Notes: generated by a model not told the origin, from the sequence alone. A stretch of DNA of 64,000 bases from a virus (IMGVR_UViG_3300037797_000133:1-64000), one strand, 5' to 3'; counted from the first letter of the stretch, positions 16,235 through 25,347 are shown. Made by a program: numbers and translations.

Positions 16235-18494
16235 CCGCGAGGACAAGTCGCTGCGCCGCATACTCGAGCGCCGTAGTGGCCGGTACGTCAACGACGACCT
16301 CGCCGACGACATGCTCGGCCACATGGGCGTCGGCCCCGTCGCCGCCACCGTCGTCGAAGACGTCGACTGGGACGAGGAGCTGTCCGAGCTCGAAGACGTC
16401 ATCGACGTCGAGCCGATCGACCCGCCCGGCGATCTGCCCGACCGCGGGGCACCGAAGCTGCCCCGGGCGGACCGGGAGTCCCGGCCGGTTCTGCCCGCCT
16501 GGCTCGACGCCCCGAAGGCAGCGGTCAAGCAGCGCTGCCGGGACCTCAAGCACGACGTGAAGTTCCACGCCACCCGGGCGCCGTCCTACGCCGGTCGGGC
16601 CGTGAAGTACGCGCCCGCTGGCGTGGGCCGCACCTACCGGGGCCTGTACCGCTGGGCGACCGACTACGAGTCGGCGCCCGCCCGGTACCTGGAGGCGCAG
16701 CGGGGCAACACGTCCGCGTACCTGGCGCTCGCTCAGCAGCGAGACGAGCGGGTGCATGACCGGCGGTTCCTGGCGATGGGTCTCGGCTGCCTACTGCCGC
16801 TCACGGTCCTCGCCGTCTGGTTCGGGCTGACCGGACCGGAGCTGCCCGGACAGACCCGCCTCGTTGCCTTCGTGGCGGCCCTTGTGACGGTCGTGGTCCT
16901 CGGCCATATCGGGGCACCGGAGGACAAGCCGATCGTCGAGTCGGCCGCCGCCGGCCCGGCACGCCGCCGGATCACCTGGTCGATGCTGCGGGCCGCGTTC
17001 GAGGCCGAGGGCGTGAAGCTGTCCAAGGCCCGCCCCGACGGCGCCCCCGCCGACCCGGCTCGAGAGATGACGCTCGTCCGGGAGATCTCCCGCGACGCCC
17101 GAGACACCGGCTACGTGGCGACGATCGACCTGCCGTTGGGCAAGACCGCGGCGGACGCCATGGCGAAGCGGGACAAGATCGCCTCCGGGCTGTCCGTCTC
17201 CCGGGCCCAGGTGCACATCACCCCCGACGCGGACAGCGAGCGGCGCATCAACATCTACGTCGCCGACGTCGACCCGTTCACCCGCCCTCGCCGGGTCTCC
17301 CCGTTGGCGTCGCTGCGCCAGCTCGACTTCTGGGAGGGCTTCGACTTCGGCACCAACGCCAAGGGCGAACCGGTCCGGCTCAAGCTCGTGTGGACGCACC
17401 TGCTCGTCGCCGCCATCCCCCGGATGGGCAAGAGCTACGCCGCGCTCATCGCCGCGTGCGCCGCCGCCCTCGACCCGCGGGTGCGGATCATCATCCTCAA
17501 CGGCAAGAAGGGCGCCTGGCGTCACCTCGCCAAGGTCTGCCACCGCTACGTGGCCGGCGCCCGCGACGAGGCCGTCCTCTACGTGCTGCGCACCCTGCGC
17601 GAGTGCAAGGCCGACATCGACGCCCGCGGCGACCGCATCGAGGAACTCGACGAAAAGTACGGCTACGGCGACAAGCTCGTCCCGCAGGTCGCCTCCGACC
17701 CGAGCCAGGGCATGCCCCTCGTCGCGATCTTCATCGACGAAGCGCAGCGCTACATCGGGCACGGACAGTACGGCGGCGAGATCCTCGCCCTCTTGAAGGA
17801 CATCGCCAAGGTCGGACCCTCGGCCGGCTACATGCTGATCGTCGCTGTCCAGAAGCCGACCGGCGACGTCATCGACACCGACCTCCGGGACAACATGGGG
17901 CTCCGCTACGTGCTCCGCATGAAGACCTCGGCGGGTTCGAAGGCGGCGCTCGGCGAGATCACCCCGGGCTTCGACCCGGTGCAGTTCTCGGACAGGCACA
18001 AGGGCGTCGGGGTGCTCGACGGGTCGGACAACGAGGAAGAGTCGCTCGACGGCGCGGACATCGACATTGTCCGCACGGACAGCCTCGACATGGCGATGGT
18101 CGAGGAGATCGCGGACAGGGCCCATGCTGTCCGGACAGGCATGAACAAGCTGTCCGGCTACGCAGCGGGCGACGACCTGTCCGAGGAGTCGACGCCGTTC
18201 CTGCTGCTCGACCACCTGTCCGACGCCATCAAGCTCGGCGAGGACAAGGTGTGGTCAGCCGATCTGATCCGCCGCATCGCGGACAGTCACCCCGAGGCGT
18301 ACGACGGCTGGTCGCCCGACGACCTGGCCAACCACCTGAAGCCGTACGGGGTCGAGACGATCCAGATCAGCCGCACCGTCACGGACCCTGAGACGGGCGT
18401 GAAGCGCCAGAAGAACTGGCGTGGCGTCGCCGTCGCGGACCTCACCGAGGCCTACAACCGGGAGATGGCGAAGCGCGCCGCGCTCGGCCAGTGA
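16227..18494 (+). CDS. traB: TraB-type FtsK/SpoIIIE DNA translocase
   Basis: Two TM helices, Walker A-like AIPRMGKS, Walker B IFIDEAQ, QKP, C-terminal winged helix (VWSADLIRRI...WSPDDLANHLKPYGV). Confidence 0.82.
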   Translation: MLDREDKSLRRILERRSGRYVNDDLADDMLGHMGVGPVAATVVEDVDWDEELSELEDVIDVEPIDPPGDLPDRGAPKLPRADRESRPVLPAWLDAPKAAVKQRCRDLKHDVKFHATRAPSYAGRAVKYAPAGVGRTYRGLYRWATDYESAPARYLEAQRGNTSAYLALAQQRDERVHDRRFLAMGLGCLLPLTVLAVWFGLTGPELPGQTRLVAFVAALVTVVVLGHIGAPEDKPIVESAAAGPARRRITWSMLRAAFEAEGVKLSKARPDGAPADPAREMTLVREISRDARDTGYVATIDLPLGKTAADAMAKRDKIASGLSVSRAQVHITPDADSERRINIYVADVDPFTRPRRVSPLASLRQLDFWEGFDFGTNAKGEPVRLKLVWTHLLVAAIPRMGKSYAALIAACAAALDPRVRIIILNGKKGAWRHLAKVCHRYVAGARDEAVLYVLRTLRECKADIDARGDRIEELDEKYGYGDKLVPQVASDPSQGMPLVAIFIDEAQRYIGHGQYGGEILALLKDIAKVGPSAGYMLIVAVQKPTGDVIDTDLRDNMGLRYVLRMKTSAGSKAALGEITPGFDPVQFSDRHKGVGVLDGSDNEEESLDGADIDIVRTDSLDMAMVEEIADRAHAVRTGMNKLSGYAAGDDLSEESTPFLLLDHLSDAIKLGEDKVWSADLIRRIADSHPEAYDGWSPDDLANHLKPYGVETIQISRTVTDPETGVKRQKNWRGVAVADLTEAYNREMAKRAALGQ

Positions 18495-18500
18495 TCCGTC

Positions 18501-18587
18501 GCTACGCGTAGCACCCCCAGCCGCTACGCGTAGCACTAGTGCTAGCACCTGAGACTGGTTCTCACCTGGGCCTTAGCGGGCTAGCAC
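18501..18587 (+). repeat. clt-like repeat cluster right after traB
   Basis: GCTACGCGTAGCAC at 18501 and 18523; GCTAGCAC at 18541 and 18580 (core TAGCAC x4). Confidence 0.6.
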
Positions 18588-18684
18588 CAGATCTGCGACT
18601 CCGCCGAAACCGTGCCGGGGGGCCGGTTCTCGGTGGGGTCGCAGCAGCCGCTACCCGCTACGCGACCCCACCCAGGAGACCGCC

Positions 18685-19101
18685 ATGCACGTCCACTACG
18701 AGATCTCCCAGAAGCGCTCCACCGAAGGCCACCTGCGGCTCACCGCCGAGCAGGAGCACGACTACAAGAAGGCCCGCACCGACGAGCAGCGCAAGGCCGC
18801 CGTCCGGGCCGCGATCCTCGCCCACGCCGACGAGACCGACGACTGGGCATACGACGACCTGCTGACCCTGTCCGCTGTCCCCGACGACGCCGACCACCCG
18901 CTGCTCGTCGAAGCCGACAAGCTGCGGACAGGCCGACTTGTCCGCCGCGAGGAGCGCCTGCGGACAGCGCTGCTGTCCGGCGGGCTGTCCGAGGAGGACG
19001 AGCTGCGGCTGTCCGCCACCCGCGCTGTCCTGTCCGACCGCGGCGAGATCCTCGAAGACTGCCCGGGCCTCCCGGACATCGAGCACCTCGACTGGGCCTG
19101 A
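18685..19101 (+). CDS. Hypothetical protein
   Basis: AGGAG RBS, typical codon usage. Confidence 0.6.
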   Translation: MHVHYEISQKRSTEGHLRLTAEQEHDYKKARTDEQRKAAVRAAILAHADETDDWAYDDLLTLSAVPDDADHPLLVEADKLRTGRLVRREERLRTALLSGGLSEEDELRLSATRAVLSDRGEILEDCPGLPDIEHLDWA

Positions 19102-19159
19102 CCAGACCCTGTCCGTTTGCCCGACACAACCCGGGCCCGCGGGGCTACCGTCGGGAGGC

Positions 19160-19345
19160 ATGCGGTACACGGCAGCGGTGAAGACGGCAGAGCGACTCCC
19201 GCGCCGCACGCTCGAGCAGCGGGCGGAGCGGCTGCTGCGGGTGTGGGAGAACCTCGGCGACAAGATGTCCCGCGGCGACCGGATCAAGCTCGCCGCCGCA
19301 CGGGAGGCGCTCAACCTTCCGCCGCTCTACGGGCTCGAGCCCTGA
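19160..19345 (+). CDS. Hypothetical protein
   Basis: GGAGG RBS. Confidence 0.5.
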   Translation: MRYTAAVKTAERLPRRTLEQRAERLLRVWENLGDKMSRGDRIKLAAAREALNLPPLYGLEP

Positions 19346-19394
19346 ACGCCCTGAGGCCCCGCACCGGACGTACCGGGCGGGGCCTCAGGGCGTT
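19345..19394. terminator. Strong hairpin between convergent operons
   Basis: 18-bp stem AACGCCCTGAGGCCCCGC/GCGGGGCCTCAGGGCGTT. Confidence 0.7.
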
Positions 19395-19403
19395 GGGGCC
19401 GGG

Positions 19404-19568
19404 TCACGTTCTCGTCGGCCGCCGGAGGGTGGAGACGACAGCGAGGCACAGCACGATCACGGCGACGCAGGCGAACAGCAGCCAGCCGTGAACGATCACC
19501 CAGTCGGCCATCGACCCGGTCGGGCCGGCCTCGGGGTCCTCGGCGAACCAGGCGCGTAGGTCAAGCAT
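19404..19568 (-). CDS. Small membrane protein
   Basis: C-terminal TM. Confidence 0.5.
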   Translation of the reverse strand: MLDLRAWFAEDPEAGPTGSMADWVIVHGWLLFACVAVIVLCLAVVSTLRRPTRT

Positions 19569-19758
19569 CGGGGTCTCCTGGTCGTTGCGTGTGGTCGGGT
19601 CGTAGGGCCCGTGCGGCGATGGCGGCCCGCCGGCGGGTGGGCTGGCAGACCGCACAGGGGGTGTGGGTGGCGTGTTCGTTGACGGCGTCGGGGTGGTAGC
19701 CGCAGTCCTCGGCGAGCAACGCCCGCAGGATCCGGTCGACGTCGTCGCCGTCAGGCAT
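19561..19758 (-). CDS. Small Cys/His protein
   Basis: Coupled. Confidence 0.45.
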   Translation of the reverse strand: MPDGDDVDRILRALLAEDCGYHPDAVNEHATHTPCAVCQPTRRRAAIAARALRPDHTQRPGDPDA

Positions 19759-20035
19759 CGTCGTCGTCCGTCGTGGCGTGAATGAGCGGGCGGCCCTCGG
19801 CGTCGTAGGCGCAGGCACCGTGCTGGCCGCACTCGGGACACGGGTTGGCGAGGCGCCGCTCCAGCTCGTACTCGGCGGCGTCCGGGAGGTTCGGGTCGTC
19901 CTCGGGGTCGTACGGCTGGTCAGGTCCGTCCTGGCCGAGGACGTGGACCCAGAACTCGCCGTCGTCCATCGCGTCGCGCAGGTCCGCCTCGGGGCAGAGC
20001 GGCACGCCGGCGGCGTCGACGAGGTGGCCGCTCAC
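19751..20035 (-). CDS. Hypothetical zinc-binding protein
   Basis: PCPECGQHGACAYD. Confidence 0.6.
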   Translation of the reverse strand: MSGHLVDAAGVPLCPEADLRDAMDDGEFWVHVLGQDGPDQPYDPEDDPNLPDAAEYELERRLANPCPECGQHGACAYDAEGRPLIHATTDDDDA

Positions 20036-20280
20036 GCTGCGGCTTCCTGCTCGTCGAGGAACGCCTGCACCGCTGCGTGGTTACTGAGGCAGCGGGCCAG
20101 GAACTGGCCGACCTCGAACTCGTCGAAAGCCGTGCAGATCGGGACGTCAGGCCGCTTGCCCGTCACGGGCCGGACGATCGACCAGCCCTTCGGGTAGGTG
20201 CGGGCGACGGTGTCGCCGATCACGTCGTCGTCGTCGGCGAACAGCTCGTAGTGGCCCTCGGGGAACGGGAGGCCGCTCAC
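20032..20280 (-). CDS. Hypothetical protein
   Basis: Coupled. Confidence 0.55.
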   Translation of the reverse strand: MSGLPFPEGHYELFADDDDVIGDTVARTYPKGWSIVRPVTGKRPDVPICTAFDEFEVGQFLARCLSNHAAVQAFLDEQEAAA

Positions 20281-20492
20281 TGGTCCAACCAGACGATGTC
20301 CGTTCGGCCGTTGTGTCCGTGGACGTGCTCGACCGCTGCGGCGCCCTTGTCGTGGAACACCACGGAGGTGGGCCAGTCGGTGAGCCAGCGGAGCGCCACA
20401 ACCCCGTCGTCGAACTCGACGCCCTGCGCGACGACTCCGTCGCCGGAGACCCCGCTGACGTCCTCGTGTCGGTGTAGCTCGAATCGCCTCAC
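20277..20492 (-). CDS. Conserved actinophage-type small protein
   Basis: RRFELHRHEDVSGVSGDGVVAQGVEFDDG...HGHNGRT. Confidence 0.7.
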   Translation of the reverse strand: MRRFELHRHEDVSGVSGDGVVAQGVEFDDGVVALRWLTDWPTSVVFHDKGAAAVEHVHGHNGRTDIVWLDQ

Positions 20493-20550
20493 GTTCGTTC
20501 TCCAGTTCGTTCGGTTGCCCTGGCTTCCGGGGGAGTGGAGCCAGCGCGGG

Positions 20551-20691
20551 TCACTTCTCGATGCGGGTGGGGCGGCGGGACAGCAGCAGGGCTACGACCA
20601 CACCGGCGGCGATAACGACCGCCACGGCCAGCCCGCAGGCGGCGAGGTCTCGTAGGCCCGCCATCCACTGTTCGTGGGTCGTGGCGGTCAC
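20551..20691 (-). CDS. Small membrane protein
   Basis: One TM. Confidence 0.45.
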   Translation of the reverse strand: MTATTHEQWMAGLRDLAACGLAVAVVIAAGVVVALLLSRRPTRIEK

Positions 20692-20927
20692 CACGGCTGG
20701 TCCTCGCGGGGGAGGGGCGGCAGCCGGTCGAAGCGCTCGACCCGGATGCGGGAGGGGGTGCGCTCGGCCGGGGTCACCGGTTTTCGCCGCAGCCGCTCCC
20801 TGACCCGGCGGGCCAGGGACTCGACCCCGTGGTGGGACAGGAGGCACAGCCCGAGGGCGGCCGCCAGGCACCGGAACCAGCCGGTGTCCCACGCGGCCAC
20901 CAGGTCCGCCCACGCCACCGCGGTCAC
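20688..20927 (-). CDS. Hypothetical protein
   Basis: Coupled. Confidence 0.45.
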   Translation of the reverse strand: MTAVAWADLVAAWDTGWFRCLAAALGLCLLSHHGVESLARRVRERLRRKPVTPAERTPSRIRVERFDRLPPLPREDQPW

Positions 20928-21367
20928 GCCACGCCCTCCGGCTTGCCGACCGCCGGGTGCGACCCGGACTGCTCCTGGCGCTCCTCGTAGGCGAGGCGGG
21001 CGCACTGGTCCTCGACCGCCGCCGCCGCTCGCTGCACCTCCCGGCGCTCACCGACCCAACGGCAGATCCCGACCTCGGCGACCACGGCACCGTCGGGCCG
21101 GGCGTAGACCACCGGCACCGTCTCCGCCGTGACGTAGATCGAAGCCAGCGCGTCGCGCTCGGCCTCGAGCCGCTCGACGTCACCGGCCAGCCGGTCGGCG
21201 AGGTCCATCGCGGTGGCGTGTGCCTCCCAGGCGATGCCGACCTCGCGGGACAGCTCCCCGATGATCTTGGCGCCTTCGTTCTCGCGCTGGTCGTCGTAGC
21301 GGATGTGGCCGACTTCGGTGAGCCACCGGTCGCCCCGCTCCCGGGCGGTCTCCCCGTTGGTGCTCAT
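20924..21367 (-). CDS. Coiled-coil hypothetical protein
   Basis: Coupled. Confidence 0.55.
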   Translation of the reverse strand: MSTNGETARERGDRWLTEVGHIRYDDQRENEGAKIIGELSREVGIAWEAHATAMDLADRLAGDVERLEAERDALASIYVTAETVPVVYARPDGAVVAEVGICRWVGERREVQRAAAAVEDQCARLAYEERQEQSGSHPAVGKPEGVA

Positions 21368-21585
21368 GACGCCACCCGCAGGGGCGCCGACTCGCCGAAC
21401 ACCGCGAGCTCGGCCGGCGACAGCGGCTCCGGCGGGCGTTGCCGCGACGGGACCCGGGACGTCGCGTCCACCCACCAGGCGCCTTCACGCACCCAGCCGG
21501 CGACGCAACGGTCGCCGATCCCGGCTCGCACCCGCAGACGGCTGACCGCCGCCGGCTCGGGGGGAGCCATCGCGTGCCGGCTCAT
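21364..21585 (-). CDS. Hypothetical protein
   Basis: Coupled. Confidence 0.4.
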   Translation of the reverse strand: MSRHAMAPPEPAAVSRLRVRAGIGDRCVAGWVREGAWWVDATSRVPSRQRPPEPLSPAELAVFGESAPLRVAS

Positions 21586-21749
21586 GACGCCACCCGGTGC
21601 TGCTCGTGGCCGATCGCCATGAACCGGACCGCAGCCCTGCCCGCCACCGGGTCCGCCACGTCGGCGAGCCGGTCAGCTTCGGCCTCGGTGATGTGGCCGG
21701 CGACGAGACCGCGGGCGATCTCGTCGAGCCGTGCAGTGACCGGGCTCAC
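21582..21749 (-). CDS. Hypothetical protein
   Basis: Coupled. Confidence 0.4.
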   Translation of the reverse strand: MSPVTARLDEIARGLVAGHITEAEADRLADVADPVAGRAAVRFMAIGHEQHRVAS

Positions 21750-22012
21750 AGCTCACCGCCGAGCGCCTTGGCGACGGCTTCGAGCACGACGTAGGCGTCG
21801 CGTTCGACCGCGTCGCTCGGCCACTGGTAGCCGTTCTCCTCGGCGAGTCGCCTGCCGCCGGCGGGGGTGAACCGGGGGAGCAGCTCTGCGAGCTTGCCGA
21901 GGATCTCGTCCACGTCGCCCGGGTCGTCGCCCACGTAGGAGCCGAGCAGCGCACGGACATCGTTGCGTGCCCCGGCCAGCTCCTCGGCCTCGACGGGATC
22001 GGGGGTGGTCAC
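21746..22012 (-). CDS. Hypothetical protein
   Basis: Coupled. Confidence 0.5.
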   Translation of the reverse strand: MTTPDPVEAEELAGARNDVRALLGSYVGDDPGDVDEILGKLAELLPRFTPAGGRRLAEENGYQWPSDAVERDAYVVLEAVAKALGGEL

Positions 22013-22218
22013 GACGTCACCCGCTGGTTCCACTCGACCGACTCGGCGACCACGTCGTCGAAGTCCGAGATCGAGCCGGGGTCGATCAGCTCACCGAGGT
22101 CGGTGTCGTAGCCGAGCCGCAGGGCGGACACGTGGCAATCCATGCACCACGTGCTGCCGTCCTTCAGGCGGACGTCGGCGTGGTCGCCGCAGGACTCGCA
22201 GCGCTTGATCGCGGTCAC
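22009..22218 (-). CDS. Small zinc-finger protein
   Basis: CESC...WCMDC. Confidence 0.55.
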   Translation of the reverse strand: MTAIKRCESCGDHADVRLKDGSTWCMDCHVSALRLGYDTDLGELIDPGSISDFDDVVAESVEWNQRVTS

Positions 22219-22285
22219 TGGCTCTCTCCTTGCTGGTTGGGGATGGAGGCCTCCGGCTCGCGGGGAGCACGAGCCGGTGGCCAGA

Positions 22286-22513
22286 TCAGGTGTCGGGGGT
22301 CAGGACGATCTCGAAGTAGGCGGTGTCGTCGCAGGCGCGGAACCGGCCCTCGGCCTTGCCTGTGACGACCGCGTCGCCGTCGAACACGCCGAACGCCTCG
22401 ACGATCTGCATCAGGTGGTTGAGGCCGTCCGGCCACACGGTGCACAGCGGCTTCGACGGCAGCCCGGACGTCGACAGGCGCACCTCGATCGGGCACTCAC
22501 GGGTCTCGCTCAC
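22286..22513 (-). CDS. Hypothetical protein
   Basis: Coupled. Confidence 0.45.
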   Translation of the reverse strand: MSETRECPIEVRLSTSGLPSKPLCTVWPDGLNHLMQIVEAFGVFDGDAVVTGKAEGRFRACDDTAYFEIVLTPDT

Positions 22514-22734
22514 CGGGCCTCCTCGGGGTCCTCGTCGGAGACGACGATCGAGCCGTCGTCGCGGCGGGTCACCCACTGGCCCGGCCAGATCGGGATCACC
22601 TGGCCGTCGGCGAGGCACAGGAACGGGTGGTGGCCGGGGCCTTCGTCGGCGCAGTCGGCGACGAACTCCATGCCGGTCAGCTCGGCGATCTCCGCGCAGT
22701 TCAGGTGCGGCTCGTACCGGAGGGACCGGCTCAC
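22510..22734 (-). CDS. Hypothetical protein
   Basis: Coupled. Confidence 0.45.
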   Translation of the reverse strand: MSRSLRYEPHLNCAEIAELTGMEFVADCADEGPGHHPFLCLADGQVIPIWPGQWVTRRDDGSIVVSDEDPEEAR

Positions 22735-23291
22735 CGGACACCCGCCGGGGCGGCGGCGTCGAGGTGCGAGTACATGCGGGTCAGCAAGTCCTGATCCCAC
22801 CGGGTCGGGTAGGCGTTCACACACGGGCCGTCCACCGAGCCGTGCGACAGGCCGAGACCGTGGCCGAGCTCGTGGCAGATCCCGTTCGCCAGGGCCGCGA
22901 GGTTCTGGCCGCGCCGGTTGTCGAACACCGCGTACGTGTTCGGGCTCGTCACGATCCGTTCGCCGATCGCCGCCTGCGGTGCCAGACCGCCGTTGCGGGC
23001 CTCACCGCGCACCGGGAGACAGTTCTCGCCCGACCGGCAGGTGCGGACCACCATCGAGATCCGCGGGTTCGCGTTCCACCGCGCCACCGCGTTCACGACG
23101 GCGGGACGGAGGACCTCGGCCGACGGGGTGACCTGCACGACCACCAGCGTCTGCGCCCCCGACGACCGGCCCCAGTGGCGACCCGAGTCCCGCGACGTCT
23201 CCGCAGCAGACACGGCACCGGTCAGGACGACCACAGCGAGCACCAGGCCGACAGCGGCAGCCAAGGAGCAGCGGATGCGGGAGGCAGTCAT
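22731..23291 (-). CDS. Secreted metzincin-type zinc metalloprotease
   Basis: Signal peptide; HELGHGLGLSH = HExxHxxGxxH. Confidence 0.75.
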   Translation of the reverse strand: MTASRIRCSLAAAVGLVLAVVVLTGAVSAAETSRDSGRHWGRSSGAQTLVVVQVTPSAEVLRPAVVNAVARWNANPRISMVVRTCRSGENCLPVRGEARNGGLAPQAAIGERIVTSPNTYAVFDNRRGQNLAALANGICHELGHGLGLSHGSVDGPCVNAYPTRWDQDLLTRMYSHLDAAAPAGVR

Positions 23292-23620
23292 CCGTAGAAC
23301 TCCCACTTCGCTGACGGCCACTGGAGGGCAGCGCGCCGCATCTCGTGGAGCACCGCTAGCAGCGACTCGTACGAGCCCCACTTGTTCTCCGGGTTCATCG
23401 CCTCGAAGCGGCGGCGCTGCGCCGACATGGTGTCGATGACCATGCCGAGCTTGGCCGCCACCTCGTCGGAGCCGAGCGACTCACGGGGCCAGAACTCCGG
23501 CCAGCCCGCCTCACGGATCATCCGGTTGCAGTTGTGCGTGTAGTTCACGGCGAGCACCTCGAACGTGCTCTCGTCGCCGTCGACCTCGTGGGTGACCGTG
23601 GCGGTCGCGTCCCAGCTCAT
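23288..23620 (-). CDS. Conserved phage hypothetical protein
   Basis: NYTHNCNRM...MNPENKWGSYE. Confidence 0.6.
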   Translation of the reverse strand: MSWDATATVTHEVDGDESTFEVLAVNYTHNCNRMIREAGWPEFWPRESLGSDEVAAKLGMVIDTMSAQRRRFEAMNPENKWGSYESLLAVLHEMRRAALQWPSAKWEFYG

Positions 23621-23796
23621 CGGGCCTCTTCCTCCTGGAGCACAGCTCCGGATCGGTGGCTGGCCTTGTGGCGGGCCAGGTAGTCGTCTGCCGACGCTGC
23701 GTTCCGCGGCGGGGACGTGTAGCCACACGTGCACCACACCCGGGGACGTCGGGGATCGCCGACGAGGGCGCACTGATGGCGGGCGGGGCGGGTCAC
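23617..23796 (-). CDS. Small Cys/His protein
   Basis: VWCTCGY...YLARH. Confidence 0.45.
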   Translation of the reverse strand: MTRPARHQCALVGDPRRPRVWCTCGYTSPPRNAASADDYLARHKASHRSGAVLQEEEAR

Positions 23797-24077
23797 GGCG
23801 CCGCCTGCGTCAGGCCGAGCAGGACGGCCATGTCGTCCGACATCGGCTCGAACTCGATCGCCGGCGTCCAGCGGATCCACTCGTGGCTCCCGTCCGCCTT
23901 CGTGTTCGGCTGCCACCCGGCGCTCATGCGGCGGACCAGCTCGTCACGCTCGGCCCGCAGCGCCTCGTGGCTGCGCAGCACCTCCAGGAACGTCATCGAC
24001 GCGAGGCCCATCGCGCTGGCGGCCTCCTCGTCGTGCAGCAGGTCAGCCGTCCGCTCGACCGGCAGGATCTCGCTCAT
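23793..24077 (-). CDS. Hypothetical protein
   Basis: Coupled. Confidence 0.5.
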   Translation of the reverse strand: MSEILPVERTADLLHDEEAASAMGLASMTFLEVLRSHEALRAERDELVRRMSAGWQPNTKADGSHEWIRWTPAIEFEPMSDDMAVLLGLTQAAP

Positions 24078-24271
24078 CGCAGGCCCTCCCGCTCGCCTGG
24101 CCCGTCATGCCCCAGGGGCACGTCCCAGTCCTCGACGTGGGCGAGACGGTCCATCTCGACCCGCTCGTCGCCGCGGGCGCAGGCGAGGGCGTCCACCGCC
24201 GAGTCGCACACGCCACCACACACCCGGCACTCGACCCCGGCAGGGAGGGGGGATGGAGCGACGACGCTCAC
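24074..24271 (-). CDS. Small zinc-finger protein
   Basis: ECRVCG...ALACA. Confidence 0.5.
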   Translation of the reverse strand: MSVVAPSPLPAGVECRVCGGVCDSAVDALACARGDERVEMDRLAHVEDWDVPLGHDGPGEREGLR

Positions 24272-24528
24272 GACGCACGCCCCGTCGCGGGCCGCATGTA
24301 CTCCTCGTCACGGGTCCTGATCCGTTCGGTGGCGGACAGCTCGTCGCTACGGCGAGGCGGCTGCCCGGCCGCCGCTCGCAGCTGCGCCAGCGTCGAGCAA
24401 CGGAAGCACGTGACCATGTCCTCCGGCTCCAGCGTCGGCCCGTTGCAGGCGAAGAACTGGCAGTCGAGCCGGTCGAGCGCGTCCACCGCGTCGAGCAGCA
24501 GCTCCTGCGGGATGGCGACGACGGTCAC
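24268..24528 (-). CDS. Hypothetical protein
   Basis: CQFFAC...TCFRC. Confidence 0.5.
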   Translation of the reverse strand: MTVVAIPQELLLDAVDALDRLDCQFFACNGPTLEPEDMVTCFRCSTLAQLRAAAGQPPRRSDELSATERIRTRDEEYMRPATGRAS

Positions 24529-24743
24529 AGCCCCTCCTCCGAGTCGAACGAGGACCAGCCGCGACCAACCCGGAAGCAGCCGTCCCAGCGCGAGGCGTCA
24601 CGCAACAGCGCGTCCATCTCGAGCGCCGACAGCGGGCCACGCCCCAACGGGAGGTAGCGCTCCGCGACCTCGGCCGCGGACACGGGTCGGTCGAACGTCA
24701 TCTCCGCGTCGAGCAACGCGCCCAGCACCGTGTCGCCGCTCAC
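24525..24743 (-). CDS. Hypothetical protein
   Basis: Coupled. Confidence 0.5.
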   Translation of the reverse strand: MSGDTVLGALLDAEMTFDRPVSAAEVAERYLPLGRGPLSALEMDALLRDASRWDGCFRVGRGWSSFDSEEGL

Positions 24744-25030
24744 GACGCACCACCGAACGAGTCGACCCAGGCGTCCACATCGGCGTCGTCCTGGGCCTGC
24801 TTGCGTTCCCGGTCAGCCGCCACCTGCGCAGCGTTCGCCGCAGCGAGGGCAGCCACCAGGCCCGGCAGGACCGACGGCGGGAACACCACCGCGCCCTCCT
24901 GCCACGAGCCGTCCTCCTCGCGGTCCTGCGCCACGATCGACGCGTGGCAGTCCGGGGAGGACCGCACCACCAGGCGACCGCCGTCGTAGGCGATCGTCAC
25001 GTCGACCGGGAGGCCGTCGGTGGCGCTCAC
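24740..25030 (-). CDS. Hypothetical protein
   Basis: Coupled. Confidence 0.5.
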   Translation of the reverse strand: MSATDGLPVDVTIAYDGGRLVVRSSPDCHASIVAQDREEDGSWQEGAVVFPPSVLPGLVAALAAANAAQVAADRERKQAQDDADVDAWVDSFGGAS

Positions 25031-25311
25031 GACTCACCGCCGCTGCGGCCGGCAGCGTTGCGCTTGTCGAGCGAACGGCTGCGCAGGTACTCGGCCCGGT
25101 CGCGCAGGTGCCGGTCGTGCTGGTCCTCACCACAGAGACGCACGGCGTCCCGCAGCAGCGACTCCATGTCGTCGGCCACCTCGTCGAGACGGTCCGGATG
25201 GGCGCTCCGGGCGTCGATCGTGTTGCCGAGATGCTTCGCCATCATCCGGAGGCCGCCAGCGGCCAGCACCGGGTTCGACGTCAGGTTGGGGGTGTTGGGT
25301 CCGTCGCTCAC
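25027..25311 (-). CDS. Hypothetical protein, first gene of leftward arm
   Basis: Leaderless GTG after TTGACT-N18-TACTCT. Confidence 0.5.
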   Translation of the reverse strand: MSDGPNTPNLTSNPVLAAGGLRMMAKHLGNTIDARSAHPDRLDEVADDMESLLRDAVRLCGEDQHDRHLRDRAEYLRSRSLDKRNAAGRSGGES

Positions 25312-25347
25312 ATCGCCAGAGTAAGCGGTCGATCCTCGCTTAGTCAA
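25312..25347 (-). promoter_or_regulatory. Leftward early promoter with operator
   Basis: TTGACT(25347-42)-N18-TACTCT-N6-GTG; palindrome TAAGCG-N9-CGCTTA. Confidence 0.6.
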
